Source: Auanema rhodensis (taxonomy: Eukaryota; Animalia; Nematoda). From it: a stretch of 64,000 nt of DNA. This document shows, piece after piece, positions 26,000 to 41,600 of the stretch. Each line of letters begins with the position of its first letter. Position 1 is the first letter of the stretch. The position numbers were made by a program, and so were the translations under genes. The stretch is taken from NCBI GenBank assembly GCA_964057225.1, contig CAXKVF010000076.1:744001-808000 (forward strand). Reading direction: 5' to 3'. Under the pieces are notes generated by a model. It did not search any database. It saw only the letters and a program-made list of their open reading frames with translations, and was not told where the DNA came from.

Positions 26000-28900
26000 G
26001 CACATCACGTGTACATTTAATTAGCATAAATTAAAGTTCACGTAAATTTCAAAGTCATGGTTACCATGAAGCAATATCAATAAAAATTTGTTTTTAGACT
26101 AATATGGACATGGGGAATCTAATTTTGAAAACCGCATCTCTTTATCTTTCACGTGAAGCGAGTTACATACCAAGTGCACATCACGTGTACATTTAATTAG
26201 CATAAATTAAAGTTCACGTAAATTTCAAAGTCATGGTTACCATGAACCAATATCAATAAAAATTTGTTTTTAGACTAATATGGACATGGGGAATCTAATT
26301 TTGAAAACCGCATCTCTTTATCTTTCACGTGAAGCGAGTTACATACCAAGTGCACATCACGTGTACATTTAATTTGCATAAATTAAAGTTCACGTAAAAT
26401 TCAAAGTCATGGTTACCATGCACCAATATCAATAAAAATTTGTTTTTAGACTAATATGGACATGGGGAATCTAATTTTGAAAACCGCATCTCTTTATCTT
26501 TCACGTGAAGCGAGTTACATACCAAGTGCACATCACGTGTACATTTAATTAGCATAAATTAAAGTTCACGTAAATTTCAAAGTCATGGTTACCATGAACC
26601 AATATCAATAAAAATTTGTTTTTAGACTAATATGGACATGGGGAATCTAATTTTGAAAACCGCATCTCTTTATCTTTCACGTGAAGCGAGTTACATACCA
26701 AGTGCACATCACGTGTACATTTAATTAGCATAAATTAAAGTTCACGTAAAATTCAAAGTCATGGTTACCATGCACCAATATCAATAAAAGTTTGTTTTTA
26801 GACTAATATGGACATAGGGAATCTAATTTTGAAAACCGCATCTCTTTATCTTTCACGTGAAGCGAGTTACATACCAAATGCACATCACGTGTACATTTAA
26901 TTAGCATAAATTAAAGTTCACGTAAATTTCAAAGTCATGGTTACCATGAACCAATATCAATAAAAATTTGTTTTTAGACTAATATGGACATGGGGAATCT
27001 AATTTTGAAAACCGCATCTCTTTATCTTTCACGTGAAGCGAGTTACATACCAAGTGCACATCACGTGTACATTTAATTAGCATAAATTAAAGTTCACGTA
27101 AATTTCAAAGTCATGGTTACCATGAAGCAATATCAATAAAAATTTGTTTTTAGACTAATATGGACATGGGGAATCTAATTTTGAAAACCGCATCTCTTTA
27201 TCTTTCACGTGAAGCGAGTTACATACCAAGTGCACATCACGTGTACATTTTATTAGCATAAATTAAAGTTCACGTAAATTTCAAAGTCATGGTTACCATG
27301 AACCAATATCAATAAAAATTTGTTTTTAGACTAATATGGACATGGGGAATCTAATTTTGAAAACCGCATCTCTTTATCTTTCACGTGAAGCGAGTTACAT
27401 ACCAAGTGCACATCACGTGTACATTTAATTAGCATAAATTAAAGTTCACGTAAATTTCAAAGTCATGGTTACCATGAAGCAATATCAATAAAAATTTGTT
27501 TTTAGACTAATATGGACATGGGGAATCTAATTTTGAAAACCGCATCTCTTTATCTTTCACGTGAAGCGAGTTACATACCAAGTGCACATCACGTGTACAT
27601 TTAATTAGCATAAATTAAAGTTCACGTAAATTTCAAAGTCATGGTTACCATGAAGCAATATCAATAAAAATTTGTTTTTAGACTAATATGGACATGGGGA
27701 ATCTAATTTTGAAAACCGCATCTCTTTATCTTTCACGTGAAGCGAGTTACATACCAAGTGCACATCACGTGTACATTTAATTAGCATAAATTAAAGTTCA
27801 CGTAAATTTCAAAGTCATGGTTACCATGAAGCAATATCAATAAAAATTTGTTTTTAGACTAATATGGACATGGGGAATCTAATTTTGAAAACCGCATCTC
27901 TTTATCTTTCACGTGAAGCGAGTTACATACCAAGTGCACATCACGTGTACATTTAATTAGCATGAATTAAAGTTCACGTAAATTTCAAAGTCATGGTTAC
28001 CATGAAGCAATATCAATAAAAATTTGTTTTTAGACTAATATGGACATGGGGAATCTAATTTTGAAAACCGCATCTCTTTATCTTTTAAGTGAAGCGAGTT
28101 ACATACCAAGTGCACATCACGTGTACATTTAATTAGCATGAATTAAAGTTCACGTAAATTTCAAAGTCATGGTTACCATGCACCAATATCAATAAAAATT
28201 TGTTTTTAGACTAATATGGACATGGGGAATCTAATTTTGAAAACCGCAGCTCTTTATCTTTCACGTGAAGCGAGTTACATACCAAGTGCACATCACGTGT
28301 ACATTTAATTAGCATAAATTAAAGTTCACGTAAATTTTGTTTTTAGACTAATATGGACATGGGGAATCTAATTTTGAAAACCGCATCTCTTTATCTTTCA
28401 CGTGAAGCGAGTTACATACCAAGTGCACATCACGTGTACATTTAATTAGCATAAATTAAAGTTCACGTAAATTTCAAAGTCATGGTTACCATGCACCAAT
28501 ATCAATAAAAATTTGTTTTTAGACTAATATGGACATGGGGAATCTAATTTTGAAAACCGCATCTCTTTATCTTTCACGTGAAGCGAGTTACATACCAAGT
28601 GCACATCACGTGTACATTTAATTAGCATAAATTAAAGTTCACGTAAATTTCAAAGTCATGGTTACCATGAAGCAATATCAATAAAAATTTGTTTTTAGAC
28701 TAATATGGACATGGGGAATCTAATTTTGAAAACCGCATCTCTTTATCTTTCACGTGAAGCGAGTTACATACCAAGTGCAAATCACGTGTACATTTAATTA
28801 GCATGAATTAAAGTTCACGTAAATTTCAAAGTCATGGTTACCATGCACCAATATCAATAAAAATTTGTTTTTAGACTAATATGGACATGGGGAATCTAAT

Positions 28901-31900
28901 TTTGAAAACCGCATCTCTTTATCTTTCACGTGAAGCGAGTTACATACCAAGTGCACATCACGTGTACATTTAATTAGCATAAATTAAAGTTCACGTAAAT
29001 TTCAAAGTCATGGTTACCATGAAGCAATATCAATAAAAATTTGTTTTTAGACTAATATGGACATGGGGAATCTAATTTTGAAAACCGCATCTCTTTATCT
29101 TTCACGTGAAGCGAGTTACATACCAAGTGCACATCACGTGTACATTTAATTAGCATAAATTAAAGTTCACGTAAATTTCAAAGTCATGGTTACCATGAAG
29201 CAATATCAATAAAAATTTGTTTTTAGACTAATATGGACATGGGGAATCTAATTTTGAAAACCGCATCTCTTTATCTTTCACGTGAAGCGAGTTACATACC
29301 AAGTGCACATCACGTGTACATTTAATTAGCATAAATTAAAGTTCACGTAAATTTCAAAGTCATGGTTACCATGAAGCAATATCAATAAAAATTTGTTTTT
29401 AGACTAATATGGACATGGGGAATCTAATTTTGAAAACCGCATCTCTTTATCTTTCACGTGAAGCGAGTTACATACCAAGTGCAAATCACGTGTACATTTA
29501 ATTAGCATGAATTAAAGTTCACGTAAATTTCAAAGTCATGGTTACCATGCACCAATATCAATAAAAATTTGTTTTTAGACTAATATGGACATGGGGAATC
29601 TAATTTTGAAAACCGCATCTCTTTATCTTTCACGTGAAGCGAGTTACATACCAAGTGCACATCACGTGTACATTTAATTAGCATAAATTAAAGTTCACGT
29701 AAATTTCAAAGTCATGGTTACCATGAAGCAATATCAATAAAAATTTGTTTTTAGACTAATATGGACATGGGGAATCTAATTTTGAAAACCGCATCTCTTT
29801 ATCTTTCACGTGAAGCGAGTTACATACCAAGTGCACATCACGTGTACATTTAATTAGCATAAATTAAAGTTCACGTAAATTTCAAAGTCATGGTTACCAT
29901 GAACCAATATCAATAAAAATTTGTTTTTAGACTAATATGGACATGGGGAATCTAATTTTGAAAACCGCATCTCTTTATCTTTCACGTGAAGCGAGTTACA
30001 TACCAAGTGCACATCACGTGTACATTTAATTTGCATAAATTAAAGTTCACGTAAAATTCAAAGTCATGGTTACCATGCACCAATATCAATAAAAATTTGT
30101 TTTTAGACTAATATGGACATGGGGAATCTAATTTTGAAAACCGCATCTCTTTATCTTTCACGTGAAGCGAGTTACATACCAAGTGCACATCACGTGTACA
30201 TTTAATTAGCATAAATTAAAGTTCACGTAAATTTCAAAGTCATGGTTACCATGAACCAATATCAATAAAAATTTGTTTTTAGACTAATATGGACATGGGG
30301 AATCTAATTTTGAAAACCGCATCTCTTTATCTTTCACGTGAAGCGAGTTACATACCAAGTGCACATCACGTGTACATTTAATTAGCATAAATTAAAGTTC
30401 ACGTAAAATTCAAAGTCATGGTTACCATGCACCAATATCAATAAAAGTTTGTTTTTAGACTAATATAGACATAGGGAATCTAATTTTGAAAACCGCATCT
30501 CTTTATCTTTCACGTGAAGCGAGTTACATACCAAATGCACATCACGTGTACATTTAATTAGCATAAATTAAAGTTCACGTAAATTTCAAAGTCATGGTTA
30601 CCATGAACCAATATCAATAAAAATTTGTTTTTAGACTAATATGGACATGGGGAATCTAATTTTGAAAACCGCATCTCTTTATCTTTCACGTGAAGCGAGT
30701 TACATACCAAGTGCACATCACGTGTACATTTAATTAGCATAAATTAAAGTTCACGTAAATTTCAAAGTCATGGTTACCATGAAGCAATATCAATAAAAAT
30801 TTGTTTTTAGACTAATATGGACATGGGGAATCTAATTTTGAAAACCGCATCTCTTTATCTTTCACGTGAAGCGAGTTACATACCAAGTGCACATCACGTG
30901 TACATTTTATTAGCATAAATTAAAGTTCACGTAAATTTCAAAGTCATGGTTACCATGAACCAATATCAATAAAAATTTGTTTTTAGACTAATATGGACAT
31001 GGGGAATCTAATTTTGAAAACCGCATCTCTTTATCTTTCACGTGAAGCGAGTTACATACCAAGTGCACATCACGTGTACATTTAATTAGCATAAATTAAA
31101 GTTCACGTAAATTTCAAAGTCATGGTTACCATGAAGCAATATCAATAAAAATTTGTTTTTAGACTAATATGGACATGGGGAATCTAATTTTGAAAACCGC
31201 ATCTCTTTATCTTTCACGTGAAGCGAGTTACATACCAAGTGCACATCACGTGTACATTTAATTAGCATAAATTAAAGTTCACGTAAATTTCAAAGTCATG
31301 GTTACCATGAAGCAATATCAATAAAAATTTGTTTTTAGACTAATATGGACATGGGGAATCTAATTTTGAAAACCGCATCTCTTTATCTTTCACGTGAAGC
31401 GAGTTACATACCAAGTGCACATCACGTGTACATTTAATTAGCATAAATTAAAGTTCACGTAAATTTCAAAGTCATGGTTACCATGAAGCAATATCAATAA
31501 AAATTTGTTTTTAGACTAATATGGACATGGGGAATCTAATTTTGAAAACCGCATCTCTTTATCTTTCACGTGAAGCGAGTTACATACCAAGTGCACATCA
31601 CGTGTACATTTAATTAGCATGAATTAAAGTTCACGTAAATTTCAAAGTCATGGTTACCATGAAGCAATATCAATAAAAATTTGTTTTTAGACTAATATGG
31701 ACATGGGGAATCTAATTTTGAAAACCGCATCTCTTTATCTTTTAAGTGAAGCGAGTTACATACCAAGTGCACATCACGTGTACATTTAATTAGCATGAAT
31801 TAAAGTTCACGTAAATTTCAAAGTCATGGTTACCATGCACCAATATCAATAAAAATTTGTTTTTAGACTAATATGGACATGGGGAATCTAATTTTGAAAA

Positions 31901-32650
31901 CCGCAGCTCTTTATCTTTCACGTGAAGCGAGTTACATACCAAGTGCACATCACGTGTACATTTAATTAGCATAAATTAAAGTTCACGTAAATTTTGTTTT
32001 TAGACTAATATGGACATGGGGAATCTAATTTTGAAAACCGCATCTCTTTATCTTTCACGTGAAGCGAGTTACATACCAAGTGCACATCACGTGTACATTT
32101 AATTAGCATAAATTAAAGTTCACGTAAATTTCAAAGTCATGGTTACCATGCACCAATATCAATAAAAATTTGTTTTTAGACTAATATGGACATGGGGAAT
32201 CTAATTTTGAAAACCGCATCTCTTTATCTTTCACGTGAAGCGAGTTACATACCAAGTGCACATCACGTGTACATTTAATTAGCATAAATTAAAGTTCACG
32301 TAAATTTCAAAGTCATGGTTACCATGAAGCAATATCAATAAAAATTTGTTTTTAGACTAATATGGACATGGGGAATCTAATTTTGAAAACCGCATCTCTT
32401 TATCTTTCACGTGAAGCGAGTTACATACCAAGTGCAAATCACGTGTACATTTAATTAGCATGAATTAAAGTTCACGTAAATTTCAAAGTCATGGTTACCA
32501 TGCACCAATATCAATAAAAATTTGTTTTTAGACTAATATGGACATGGGGAATCTAATTTTGAAAACCGCATCTCTTTATCTTTCACGTGAAGCGAGTTAC
32601 ATACCAAGTGCACATCACGTGTACATTTAATTAGCATAAATTAAAGTTCA
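26000..32650 (-). repeat. Tandem segmental duplication with 3657-bp period (21 monomers, one of them deleted); boundaries approximate
   Basis: Rare variants recur at +3657: AATTTGCATA 26375/30032, AAAAGTTTG, CATAGGG with CCAAATG, TTTTATTAG, TTTTAAGTG, CCGCAGCT, and the deletion at 28339/31996. Confidence 0.9.
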
Positions 32651-35600
32651 CGTAAATTTCAAAGTCATGGTTACCATGAACCAATATCAATAAAAATTTG
32701 TTTTTAGACTAATATGGACATGGGGAATCTAATTTTGAAAACCGCATCTCTTTATCTTTCACGTGAAGCGAGTTACATACCAAGTGCACATCACGTGTAC
32801 ATTTAATTAGCATGAATTAAAGTTCACGTAAATTTCAAAGTCATGGTTACCATGAAGCAATATCAATAAAAATTTGTTTTTAGACTAATATGGACATGGG
32901 GAATCTAATTTTGAAAACCGCATCTCTTTATCTTTCAAGTGAAGCGAGTTACATACCAAGTGCACATCACGTGTACATTTAATTAGCATGAATTAAAGTT
33001 CACGTAAATTTCAAAGTCATGGTTACCATGCACCAATATCAATAAAAATTTGTTTTTAGACTAATATGGACATGGGGAATCTAATTTTGAAAACCGCATC
33101 TCTTTATCTTTCACGTGAAGCGAGTTACATACCAAGTGCACATCACGTGTACATTTAATTAGCATAAATTAAAGTTCACGTAAATTTTGTTTTTAGACTA
33201 ATATGGACATGGGGAATCTAATTTTGAAAACCGCATCTCTTTATCTTTCACGTGAAGCGAGTTACATACCAAGTGCACATCACGTGTACATTTAATTAGC
33301 ATAAATTAAAGTTCACGTAAATTTCAAAGTCATGGTTACCATGCACCAATATCAATAAAAATTTGTTTTTAGACTAATATGGACATGGGGAATCTAATTT
33401 TGAAAACCGCATCTCTTTATCTTTCACGTGAAGCGAGTTACATACCAAGTGCACATCACGTGTACATTTAATTAGCATAAATTAAAGTTCACGTAAATTT
33501 CAAAGTCATGGTTACCATGAAGCAATATCAATAAAAATTTGTTTTTAGACTAATATGGACATGGGGAATCTAATTTTGAAAACCGCATCTCTTTATCTTT
33601 CACGTGAAGCGAGTTACATACCAAGTGCAAATCACGTGTACATTTAATTAGCATGAATTAAAGTTCACGTAAATTTCAAAGTCATGGTTACCATGCACCA
33701 ATATCAATAAAAATTTGTTTTTAGACTAATATGGACATGGGGAATCTAATTTTGAAAACCGCATCTCTTTATCTTTCACGGGAAGCGAGTTACATACCAA
33801 GTGCACATCACGTGTACATTTAATTAGCATAAATTAAAGTTCACGTAAATTTCAAAGTCATGGTTACCATGCACCAATATCAATAAAAATTTGTTTTTAG
33901 ACTAATATGGACATGGGGAATCTAATTTTGAAAACCGCATCTCTTTATCTTTCACGTGAAGCGAGTTACATACCAAGTGCACATCACGTGTACATTTAAT
34001 TAGCATAAATTAAAGTTCACGTAAATTTCAAAGTCATGGTTACCATGCACCAATATCAATAAAAATTTGTTTTTAGACTAATATGGACATGGGGAATCTA
34101 ATTTTGAAAACCGCATCTCTTTATCTTTCACGTGAAGCGATTTACATACCAAGTGCACATCACGTGTACATTTAATTAGCATAAATTAAAGTTCACGTAA
34201 ATTTCAAAGTCATGGTTACCATGCACCAATATCAATAAAAATTTGTTTTTAGACTAATATGGACATGGGGAATCTAATTTTGAAAACCGCATCTCTTTAT
34301 CTTTCACGTGAAGCGAGTTACATACCAAGTGAACATCACGTGTACATTTAATTAGCATAAATTAAAGTTCACGTAAATTTCAAAGTCATGGTTACCATGC
34401 ACCAATATCAATAAAAATTTGTTTTTAGACTAATATGGACATGGGGAATCGAATTTTGAAAACCGCATCTCTTTATCTTTCACGTGAAGCGAGTTACATA
34501 CCAAGTGCACATCACGTGTACATTTAATTAGCATAAATTAAAGTTCACGTAAATTTCAAAGTCATGGTTACCATGCACCAATATCAATAAAAATTTGTTT
34601 TTAGACTAATATGGACATGGGGAATCTAATTTTGAAAACCGCATCTCTTTATCTTTCACGTGAAGCGAGTTACATACCAAGTGCAAATCACGTGTACATT
34701 TAATTAGCATGAATTAAAGTTCACGTAAATTTCAAAGTCATGGTTACCATGCACCAATATCAATAAAAATTTGTTTTTAGACTAATATGGACATGGGGAA
34801 TCTAATTTTGAAAACCGCATCTCTTTATCTTTCACGTGAAGCGAGTTACATACCAAGTGCACATCACGTGTACATTTAATTAGCATAAATTAAAGTTCAC
34901 GTAAATTTCAAAGTCATGGTTACCATGAACCAATATCAATAAAAATTTGTTTTTAGACTAATATGGACATGGGGAATCTAATTTTGAAAACCGCATCTCT
35001 TTATCTTTCACGTGAAGCGAGTTACATACCAAGTGCACATCACGTGTACATTTAATTAGCATGAATTAAAGTTCACGTAAATTTCAAAGTCATGGTTACC
35101 ATGAAGCAATATCAATAAAAATTTGTTTTTAGACTAATATGGACATGGGGAATCTAATTTTGAAAACCGCATCTCTTTATCTTTCAAGTGAAGCGAGTTA
35201 CATACCAAGTGCACATCACGTGTACATTTAATTAGCATGAATTAAAGTTCACGTAAATTTCAAAGTCATGGTTACCATGCACCAATATCAATAAAAATTT
35301 GTTTTTAGACTAATATGGACATGGGGAATCTAATTTTGAAAACCGCATCTCTTTATCTTTCACGTGAAGCGAGTTACATACCAAGTGCACATCACGTGTA
35401 CATTTAATTAGCATAAATTAAAGTTCACGTAAATTTTGTTTTTAGACTAATATGGACATGGGGAATCTAATTTTGAAAACCGCATCTCTTTATCTTTCAC
35501 GTGAAGCGAGTTACATACCAAGTGCACATCACGTGTACATTTAATTAGCATAAATTAAAGTTCACGTAAATTTCAAAGTCATGGTTACCATGCACCAATA

Positions 35601-38600
35601 TCAATAAAAATTTGTTTTTAGACTAATATGGACATGGGGAATCTAATTTTGAAAACCGCATCTCTTTATCTTTCACGTGAAGCGAGTTACATACCAAGTG
35701 CACATCACGTGTACATTTAATTAGCATAAATTAAAGTTCACGTAAATTTCAAAGTCATGGTTACCATGAAGCAATATCAATAAAAATTTGTTTTTAGACT
35801 AATATGGACATGGGGAATCTAATTTTGAAAACCGCATCTCTTTATCTTTCACGTGAAGCGAGTTACATACCAAGTGCAAATCACGTGTACATTTAATTAG
35901 CATGAATTAAAGTTCACGTAAATTTCAAAGTCATGGTTACCATGCACCAATATCAATAAAAATTTGTTTTTAGACTAATATGGACATGGGGAATCTAATG
36001 TTGAAAACCGCATCTCTTTATCTTTCACGTGAAGCGAGTTACATACCAAGTGCACATCACGTGTACATTTAATTAGCATAAATTAAAGTTCACGTAAATT
36101 TCAAAGTCATGGTTACCATGAAGCAATATCAATAAAAATTTGTTTTTAGACTAATATGGACATGGGGAATCTAATTTTGAAAACCGCATCTCTTTATCTT
36201 TCACGTGAAGCGAGTTACATACCAAGTGCACATCACGTGTACATTTAATTAGCATAAATTAAAGTTCACGTAAATTTCAAAGTCATGGTTACCATGAACC
36301 AATATCAATAAAAATTTGTTTTTAGACTAATATGGACATGGGGAATCTAATTTTGAAAACCGCATCTCTTTATCTTTCACGTGAAGCGAGTTACATACCA
36401 AGTGCACATCACGTGTACATTTAATTAGCATGAATTAAAGTTCACGTAAATTTCAAAGTCATGGTTACCATGAAGCAATATCAATAAAAATTTGTTTTTA
36501 GACTAATATGGACATGGGGAATCTAATTTTGAAAACCGCATCTCTTTATCTTTCAAGTGAAGCGAGTTACATACCAAGTGCACATCACGTGTACATTTAA
36601 TTAGCATGAATTAAAGTTCACGTAAATTTCAAAGTCATGGTTACCATGCACCAATATCAATAAAAATTTGTTTTTAGACTAATATGGACATGGGGAATCT
36701 AATTTTGAAAACCGCATCTCTTTATCTTTCACGTGAAGCGAGTTACATACCAAGTGCACATCACGTGTACATTTAATTAGCATAAATTAAAGTTCACGTA
36801 AATTTTGTTTTTAGACTAATATGGACATGGGGAATCTAATTTTGAAAACCGCATCTCTTTATCTTTCACGTGAAGCGAGTTACATACCAAGTGCACATCA
36901 CGTGTACATTTAATTAGCATAAATTAAAGTTCACGTAAATTTCAAAGTCATGGTTACCATGCACCAATATCAATAAAAATTTGTTTTTAGACTAATATGG
37001 ACATGGGGAATCTAATTTTGAAAACCGCATCTCTTTATCTTTCACGTGAAGCGAGTTACATACCAAGTGCACATCACGTGTACATTTAATTAGCATAAAT
37101 TAAAGTTCACGTAAATTTCAAAGTCATGGTTACCATGAAGCAATATCAATAAAAATTTGTTTTTAGACTAATATGGACATGGGGAATCTAATTTTGAAAA
37201 CCGCATCTCTTTATCTTTCACGTGAAGCGAGTTACATACCAAGTGCACATCACGTGTACATTTAATTAGCATGAATTAAAGTTCACGTAAATTTCAAAGT
37301 CATGGTTACCATGCACCAATATCAATAAAAATTTGTTTTTAGACTAATATGGACATGGGGAATCTAATTTTAAAAACCGCATCTCTTTATCTTTCACGTG
37401 AAGCGAGTTACATACCAAGTGCACATCACGTGTACATTTAATTAGCATAAATTAAAGTTCACGTAAATTTCAAAGTCATGGTTACCATGCACCAATATCA
37501 ATAAAAATTTGTTTTTAGACTAATATGGACATGGGGAATCTAATTTTGAAAACCGCATCTCTTTATCTTTCACGTGAAGCGATTTACATACCAAGTGCAC
37601 ATCACGTGTACATTTAATTAGCATAAATTAAAGTTCACGTAAATTTCAAAGTCATGGTTACCATGCACCAATATCAATAAAAATTTGTTTTTAGACTAAT
37701 ATGGACATGGGGAATCTAATTTTGAAAACCGCATCTCTTTATCTTTCACGTGAAGCGAGTTACATACCAAGTGCACATCACGTGTACATTTAATTAGCAT
37801 AAATTAAAGTTCACGTAAATTTCAAAGTCATGGTTACCATGCACCAATATCAATAAAAATTTGTTTTTAGACTAATATGGACATAGGGAATCTAATTTTG
37901 AAAACCGCATCTCTTTATCTTTCACGTGAAGCGAGTTACATACCAAATGCACATCACGTGTACATTTAATTAGCATAAATTAAAGTTCACGTAAATTTCA
38001 AAGTCATGGTTACCATGAACCAATATCAATAAAAATTTGTTTTTAGACTAATATGGACATGGGGAATCTAATTTTGAAAACCGCATCTCTTTATCTTTCA
38101 CGTGAAGCGAGTTACATACCAAGTGCACATCACGTGTACATTTAATTAGCATAAATTAAAGTTCACGTAAATTTCAAAGTCATGGTTACCATGAACCAAT
38201 ATCAATAAAAATTTGTTTTTAGACTAATATGGACATGGGGAATCTAATTTTGAAAACCGCATCTCTTTATCTTTCACGTGAAGCGATTTACATACCAAGT
38301 GCACATCACGTGTACATTTAATTAGCATGAATTAAAGTTCACGTAAATTTCAAAGTCATGGTTACCATGCACCAATATCAATAAAAATTTGTTTTTAGAC
38401 TAATATGGACATGGGGAATCTAATTTTGAAAACCGCATCTCTTTATCTTTCACGTGAAGCGAGTTACATACCAAGTGCACATCACGTGTACATTTAATTA
38501 GCATAAATTAAAGTTCACGTAAATTTTGTTTTTAGACTAATATGGACATGGGGAATCTAATTTTGAAAACCGCATCTCTTTATCTTTCACGTGAAGCGAG

Positions 38601-41600
38601 TTACATACCAAGTGCACATCACGTGTACATTTAATTAGCATAAATTAAAGTTCACGTAAATTTCAAAGTCATGGTTACCATGCACCAATATCAATAAAAA
38701 TTTGTTTTTAGACTAATATGGACATGGGGAATCTAATTTTGAAAACCGCATCTCTTTATCTTTCACGTGAAGCGAGTTACATACCAAGTGCACATCACGT
38801 GTACATTTAATTAGCATAAATTAAAGTTCACGTAAATTTCAAAGTCATGGTTACCATGAAGCAATATCAATAAAAATTTGTTTTTAGACTAATATGGACA
38901 TGGGGAATCTAATTTTGAAAACCGCATCTCTTTATCTTTCACGTGAAGCGAGTTACATACCAAGTGCACATCACGTGTACATTTAATTAGCATGAATTAA
39001 AGTTCACGTAAATTTCAAAGTCATGGTTACCATGCACCAATATCAATAAAAATTTGTTTTTAGACTAATATGGACATGGGGAATCTAATTTTGAAAACCG
39101 CATCTCTTTATCTTTCACGTGAAGCGAGTTACATACCAAGTGCACATCACGTGTACATTTAATTAGCATAAATTAAAGTTCACGTAAATTTCAAAGTCAT
39201 GGTTACCATGCACCAATATCAATAAAAATTTGTTTTTAGACTAATATGGACATGGGGAATCTAATTTTGAAAACCGCATCTCTTTATCTTTCACGTGAAG
39301 CGATTTACATACCAAGTGCACATCACGTGTACATTTAATTAGCATAAATTAAAGTTCACGTAAATTTCAAAGTCATGGTTACCATGCACCAATATCAATA
39401 AAAATTTGTTTTTAGACTAATATGGACATGGGGAATCTAATTTTGAAAACCGCATCTCTTTATCTTTCACGTGAAGCGAGTTACATACCAAGTGCACATC
39501 ACGTGTACATTTAATTAGCATAAATTAAAGTTCACGTAAATTTCAAAGTCATGGTTACCATGCACCAATATCAATAAAAATTTGTTTTTAGACTAATATG
39601 GACATAGGGAATCTAATTTTGAAAACCGCATCTCTTTATCTTTCACGTGAAGCGAGTTACATACCAAATGCACATCACGTGTACATTTAATTAGCATAAA
39701 TTAAAGTTCACGTAAATTTCAAAGTCATGGTTACCATGAACCAATATCAATAAAAATTTGTTTTTAGACTAATATGGACATGGGGAATCTAATTTTGAAA
39801 ACCGCATCTCTTTATCTTTCACGTGAAGCGAGTTACATACCAAGTGCACATCACGTGTACATTTAATTAGCATAAATTAAAGTTCACGTAAATTTCAAAG
39901 TCATGGTTACCATGAACCAATATCAATAAAAATTTGTTTTTAGACTAATATGGACATGGGGAATCTAATTTTGAAAACCGCATCTCTTTATCTTTCACGT
40001 GAAGCGAGTTACATACCAAGTGCACATCACGTGTACATTTAATTAGCATAAATTAAAGTTCACGTAAATTTCAAAGTCATGGTTACCATGCACCAATATC
40101 AATAAAAATTTGTTTTTAGACTAATATGGACATGGGGAATCTAATTTTGAAAACCGCATCTCTTTATCTTTCACGTGAAGCGAGTTACATACCAAGTGCA
40201 CATCACGTGTACATTTAATTAGCATAAATTAAAGTTGACGTAAATTTCAAAGTCATGGTTACCATGCACCAATATCAATAAAAATTTGTTTTTAGACTAA
40301 TATGGACATAGGGAATCTAATTTTGAAAACCGCATCTCTTTATCTTTCACGTGAAGCGAGTTACATACCAAATGCACATCACGTGTACATTTAATTAGCA
40401 TAAATTAAAGTTCACGTAAATTTCAAAGTCATGGTTACCATGAACCAATATCAATAAAAATTTGTTTTTAGACTAATATGGACATGGGGAATCTAATTTT
40501 GAAAACCGCATCTCTTTATCTTTCACGTGAAGCGAGTTACATACCAAGTGCACATCACGTGTACATTTAATTAGCATAAATTAAAGTTCACGTAAATTTC
40601 AAAGTCATGGTTACCATGAACCAATATCAATAAAAATTTGTTTTTAGACTAATATGGACATGGGGAATCTAATTTTGAAAACCGCATCTCTTTATCTTTC
40701 ACGTGAAGCGAGTTACATACCAAGTGCACATCACGTGTACATTTAATTAGCATAAATTAAAGTTCACGTAAATTTCAAAGTCATGGTTACCATGAAGCAA
40801 TATCAATAAAAATTTGTTTTTAGACTAATATGGACATGGGGAATCTAATTTTGAAAACCGCATCTCTTTATCTTTCACGTGAAGCGAGTTACATACCAAG
40901 TGCACATCACGTGTACATTTAATTAGCATAAATTAAAGTTCACGTAAATTTCAAAGTCATGGTTACCATGAAGCAATATCAATAAAAATTTGTTTTTAGA
41001 CTAATATGGACATGGGGAATCTAATTTTGAAAACCGCATCTCTTTATCTTTCACGTGAAGCGAGTTACATACCAAGTGCACATTACGTGTACATTTAATT
41101 AGCATAAATTAAAGTTCACGTAAATTTCAAAGTCATGGTTACCATGAACCAATATCAATAAAAATTTGTTTTTAGACTAATATGGACATGGGGAATCTAA
41201 TTTTGAAAACCGCATCTCTTTATCTTTCACGTGAAGCGAGTTACATACCAAGTGCACATCACGTGTACATTTAATTAGCATAAATTAAAGTTCACGTAAA
41301 TTTCAAAGTCATGGTTACCATGCACCAATATCAATAAAAATTTGTTTTTAGACTAATATGGACATGGGGAATCTAATTTTGAAAACCGCATCTTTTTATC
41401 TTTCACGTGAAGAGAGTTACATACCAAGTGCACATCACGTGTACATTTAATTAGCATAAATTAAAGTTCACGTAAATTTCAAAGTCATGGTTACCATGAA
41501 CCAATATCAAAAAAAATTTGTTTTTAGACTAATATGGACATGGGGAATCTAATTTTGAAAACCGCATCTCTTTATCTTTCACGTGAAGCGAGTTACATAC

